From Eledone cirrhosa (lineage: Eukaryota), in contig OZ024743.1 of assembly GCA_964016885.1 (NCBI GenBank), positions 374,728,001-374,792,000 on the forward strand: a DNA stretch of 64,000 nt, read 5' to 3'. The notes beneath the pieces are model-generated. The model was not told the DNA's origin and did no database searches. It saw only the letters and a list, made by a program, of their open reading frames with translations. This document shows positions 60,435-64,000 of this stretch, piece after piece (position 1 is the stretch's first letter; each line of letters opens with the position of its first letter). Position numbers and translations under genes: made by a program.

Positions 60435-60500
60435 TTAATGTACTGATGAAGCTTTAGTATTATATGCTAATATTGAGGTTGAAACAAATGTAGACATTAA
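60435..60500 (+). ncRNA. Solitary minimal type I hammerhead ribozyme motif (PLE-LTR type), intronic and sense to the channel gene
   Basis: TTAATGTA-CTGATGA-AGCTTTAGTATTA(tatgc)TAATATTGAGGTT-GAAAC(aaat)GTA-GACATTAA. Stem I has 7 bp plus an A.G mismatch next to the core, stem II has 13 bp including 4 G.U pairs, stem III has 2 bp, and the cleavage triplet is GUA. Confidence 0.75.
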
Positions 60501-60811
60501 TAAAATGATTTGAAGTACCTCTTTGGATTTCAATTGATTTTAATATGTGTATCCCCACACCCCCACCCACTCTACTTCCTTCTCCTGACCCCTTGCCTGT
60601 CTGGATAAACTTTACCACTATAAGCACGCCGTCCCACTTCCTCCATCTGACCAGTCTACTACTTTTATAAACTCAACCAAAGCACTACCAAGACCAGTGA
60701 CCTATTCTTTTATACCCTACAAATATTACAACACACCATCGTAAATGCTTGTTGAACACACAAGCCGAAACCGCTTCGCGCCGCAGCCGGGACTTTGCAT
60801 CTCTCTCTCTT

Positions 60812-60842
<31 letters not shown>

Positions 60843-60944
60843 GCACACACATATATACATAATCCTTGAATATATCTCAGATTGCTTACATATTTTCACT
60901 GTAATTATAACTAACTCTATCTCGCTCTCTGTACTCTTTTGTAG

Positions 60945-61333
60945 AAAATAACTTCACGTGTATCTCCACCAGTTTCCATCTCCAGCGAAAGTATGCTTAT
61001 TATATGCTGCATGCTTATCTTCCGAGTACATTGATTGTAGTGATATCGTGGCTGTCGTTTTGGCTCCCCACCGAATCGACCGCTGCCCGAATTTCACTCA
61101 GCAGCCTTACAATTCTCACAATGATTACCCAGAGACAGACCAACAGTGGAGATTTACCCCCAGTCTCCTACATCAAAGCCATTGATATCTGGACGGTGGC
61201 ATGCCTCCTTTTCGTCTTTGCCGCATTCGTCGAATATACATTGGTCTGTTTCTTCTCGCGACAAGACTGTCATGTTCTCACCATCTCGTTGACAGGAGCC
61301 AAAGAATCGATTTTCGCCACATCATCGAACCAA
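60945..61333 (+). CDS. Internal exon of the same Cys-loop anion channel: end of loop C, M1, M2, M3 and start of the M3-M4 loop
   Basis: Acceptor ...TACTCTTTTGTAG and donor GTAAGT; splices in frame with the 59046-59177 exon. It encodes (E)NNFTCISTSFHLQRKYAYYMLHAYLPSTLIVVISWLSFWLPTESTAARISLSSLTILTMITQRQTNSGDLPPVSYIKAIDIWTVACLLFVFAAFVEYTLV..., the classic GlyR/GluCl/GABA-A transmembrane signature. Confidence 0.96.
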
Positions 61334-61361
61334 GTAAGTACACTGTGTAATACTATGAATA

Positions 61362-61548
61362 ATAATTGTTTCTACTTTCGGCACAAGGCCAGCAATTACC
61401 CAGTACATTACTGGTACTTTATTTTATCGACCCCGTAAGGATGAAAAGGAAAATTAACCTCGACGGGATTCGAACTCAGGCTGTAAAGGGCCTAAACTCT
61501 ATGCTGCAAAGCATAGCATCCGACCCTCTACCGATACTGCCAATCCAC
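61362..61548 (-). mobile_element. tRNA-derived SINE with a Deu/Nin-like central domain, near full length
   Basis: On the minus strand: A-box-like TGGCAGTATCGG, B-box GAGTTCGAATCCC (61465-77), then TTTCATCCTTACGGGGTCGATAAAATAAAGTACCAG, which resembles the Deu/Nin SINE domain. Two more copies occur in the window. Confidence 0.8.
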
Positions 61549-61817
61549 AATAATACACTTCCTACTTCAGTCACCTGGCGACTATAAGGTGTACACTTTC
61601 CAATTACCAAATCTTAGTCTACCCTTGTCCTTTTAAATTTTTTCCAAAGTTACTCATATATTTAATCTTGTATGTCCTTTATACATACATGCTGACCCTT
61701 ATTCAACATAAACAATAGGGTTTGTCTCAAGCAAGCCATCATTTTATAAAAAAACAAAACAAATTTCCCAGTTTGTATGATTGTTCGTATATACTGCAAT
61801 CCTAGTATATATAGCAT

Positions 61818-61923
61818 ATGTGTGTGTATGTATGTGTGTGTGAGTGTGTGAGTGTGTGTGTGTGAGTGTGAGTGTGTGTGTGAGAGAGAGAGAGAGAGTG
61901 TGTGTGTGTGAATATGTATGTGT
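61818..61923. repeat. Imperfect (TG)n/(GA)n microsatellite
   Basis: Read directly from the sequence. Confidence 0.9.
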
Positions 61924-62028
61924 AGTGAACAAAAGAATAGCAAAAGAGAAACACCAACAAAACAGATTGAGAGAAGTGAAAAGAAGACAATATATGATAC
62001 ATTGCTTGGAGTCACCCCCTTCGACTGA

Positions 62029-62126
62029 TGGGGGCGGGGGGGGGGGGGGGGGGGTGACTAAATCGACCCAGTACGTGACTGGTACTTTATTTTATCGACC
62101 CGTAAGGATGAAACGCAAAGTTAACG
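62029..62126 (-). mobile_element. Partial copy of the same SINE family with a poly-G tract
   Basis: ACCCAGTACGTGACTGGTACTTTATTTTATCGACCCGTAAGGATGAAACGCAAAGTTAAC matches ~61397-61458. Confidence 0.8.
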
Positions 62127-62737
62127 TCACGCAGGTTTGGTTGGCTATTGAATCATTTTTACCTTGCGATGGTTTAACTCTCAGAAGATACTGAAGGGTG
62201 GGTTTTGTTATAATGGAGTTTTTCTAAATGCTAATTCCATAGATTTTGTTAAATGAAAGAATAAAAACCACAATATCCAAATCTTTAATAAGTAGCTTGC
62301 TCTAGCAGAATTCAAATATGAATCTTGTCTCTAAGTTTATTGACATCCTTCTCACCAATGTGTTTTTTCATTACATTCGTATCGACTAAACTTGTTGCAG
62401 CCAATAACTACCTTGTCTGAGAGCAGAAGGCCAGCACCATTGTAATGAAGACATGAAAAAGAAATGGCGGCCACTGAAGTGACTAATGTATTTTGACACA
62501 ACTGTTTATTTACGGCCATTGTTGCTTACTGTGAATCAATCAAATATATAGCAAATGAAGCGAATATATCGAAGAATTATTCATTTGGTGCGAAACAATA
62601 ACAGGACAGTCTCATCTAACTAAAGACATTTAAGAAGGCAACATATACATAGTTATAGCTACGTCAATAATGATATGGATTTGGTATACCAATAGAAACA
62701 ATCGATGTTTTCTTCAGTGTGACGTCAATATCCTTCT

Positions 62738-62743
<6 letters not shown>

Positions 62744-62799
<56 letters not shown>

Positions 62800-62847
62800 A
62801 CTCTCTCTCTTTCTATTTCTATCTATCTATCTCTCTCTCTCTCTCTC
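62744..62847. repeat. (TC)n microsatellite
   Basis: Read directly from the sequence. Confidence 0.95.
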
Positions 62848-63319
62848 AGGTTCGGTAAAAAAAATCTTCGATAGAAACATGCAAATATTAATGAGTCACA
62901 TGATTGCATAGACGATCACCCTTTTGAAGGAACTGCCTTCGTTGTTGCTTACGCCCAACACCACCGTCCTACCTCTGGGGTCTCGGAAACTCTTCTGTAT
63001 CTCTAGTTCTAACGGTGCCAATTCGTCACAGGAAAGGGCCGCACAGGAAAGGGTGATGTTTGCCTCAAAACCTGTCTCCTGGTGACAATTATCTGATTAA
63101 TGTTGACAAAAGTCCAGCTTAAAATCTCGTAATACTATATTATATTATAGACATCTTATGCGCTGTGAAAACTTTGTTAAACTCAAAATGGAAAATGGGA
63201 TGCGTTTTTGTTTTAATATTTAGTCATTGAGGGAAGGGCAGCACCCATAGCCGTTTCCAGGGCCTTCAAGATTTCTTTTTTGGAAGAACAGGGTGCACCA
63301 TTTTGCAAGCCCTCCAAGA

Positions 63320-63570
63320 CGGATGTGGCTGATGTTATTGATTTTCAATTTGAAATTGTAGCAGGTTGATTCCAACAAGAAAGGCAGATGCAGGCTGAAA
63401 ATTTCTAAGGGGTGACGGCTGGAGAGTTGGAACAAATATGGATGCTGGGGGAGGGGGAGGAGGAGAGAGGAGTGAGATGACACGAGTGGAGATGGCACGA
63501 GTTCAGCAAGGTCCGAGGAACCAAGGTCATGGAAGTAGCGATAGAAAAGACTGGTGAGAAGGAAGGTGGT
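63320..63570 (-). mobile_element. Degenerate non-LTR retrotransposon (LINE) ORF2 C-terminal remnant
   Basis: The minus strand reads LLTSLFYRYFHDLGSSDLAELVPSP...HPYLFQL...NFKLKINNI. This resembles the SLFYRYYHGxCSxELxxLVP...HPF...FKxxVN tail of invertebrate CR1/L2/Jockey-group LINEs (recognised from memory). Confidence 0.55.
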
Positions 63571-63806
63571 GTCTTGAAACGGGAGACCTGATCCGAAAGC
63601 TTACTACAGAGTGGACTCCACTAAAGGTACCCAAGAGATAGGTGGTTGTAACATACCGAGTAATGGATTAAATCCACTACATAAATGCTACGAAGGTGTC
63701 CTATATCCAACCTATATTAGAAAAAAACTGTTGTTATTCAAAGCACGGAGGTTATATTTTAGAAGTGGGGTACACAAATAAGGGATTTATTTTATTATCA
63801 ATCCTT

Positions 63807-63909
63807 ATAATTGTTTCTACTTTAGGCACAAGGCCAGCAATTACCCAGTGCATTACTGGTACTTTATTTTATCGACCCCGTAAGGATGAAAGGCAAAGTC
63901 AACCTCGGC
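63807..63909 (-). mobile_element. Partial copy of the Deu/Nin-like SINE
   Basis: Near-identical to 61362-61465 (ATAATTGTTTCTACTTT.GGCACAAGGCCAGCAATTACCCAGT...TCGACCCCGTAAGGATGAAA). Confidence 0.82.
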
Positions 63910-64000
63910 ATCCTTATAATGTTACAAAGCCAGACATTTGAAATCAAACGATATGATCAATTAAATTCACAGCCGTATATAATTAGTGCAAGTCAGAGTA

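Noticed and set aside
60735-60780. GCTTGT...ACAAGC-CGAAACCGC, a stem followed by GAAA as in a hammerhead
   Set aside because: There is no recognisable CUGANGA box or stem I.
59046-61333. Cephalopod chemotactile receptor or nicotinic receptor
   Set aside because: The transmembrane motifs (SWLSFW, AAR, LPPVSYIKAID) and the loop C C-x10-C belong to the GlyR/GluCl/GABA anion branch, not the nAChR-derived cation branch.
55948-62858. Short ORFs rich in YI, RE, SL, CV or HT dipeptides
   Set aside because: These are translations of (TA)n, (GA)n and (TG)n microsatellites.
62390-62860. Candidate downstream channel exons after AG acceptors at 62400 and 62849
   Set aside because: The phase-0 reading hits stops within 15 and 3 codons respectively, and no M4-like sequence follows. 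The next exon is probably outside the window.

Overview
Eukaryotic, AT- and microsatellite-rich genomic DNA, probably molluscan and octopus-like (inferred from the repeat content). Bases 1-54278 are one uninterrupted tandem array of a 51-bp monomer (consensus TCAATATACATCACATCTCTGTCYACAACAATAGACACTGCTACGTCATAG, about 1,060 copies, open at the left edge of the window). The array is built from nested higher-order repeats of about 1.6, 2.9-3.0, 4.08, 6.08 and 11.67 kb and ends in a monomeric edge. All ORFs called there are artefacts of a monomer length divisible by 3. The array is fused directly, with no spacer, to a 5'-truncated Penelope-like retroelement (RT with a long finger insertion plus a C-terminal GIY-YIG endonuclease, Naiad-like, two frameshifts) that carries a minimal hammerhead ribozyme in its 3' region. 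The last 7.6 kb holds two + strand exons of a Cys-loop anion channel subunit of GlyR/GluCl type (loop C and M1-M3). It also holds tRNA-derived SINEs, LINE remnants, two foldback elements, a second solitary hammerhead and many microsatellites. No upstream exon of the channel is visible, so the satellite and retroelement probably lie inside one giant intron of at least 59 kb.
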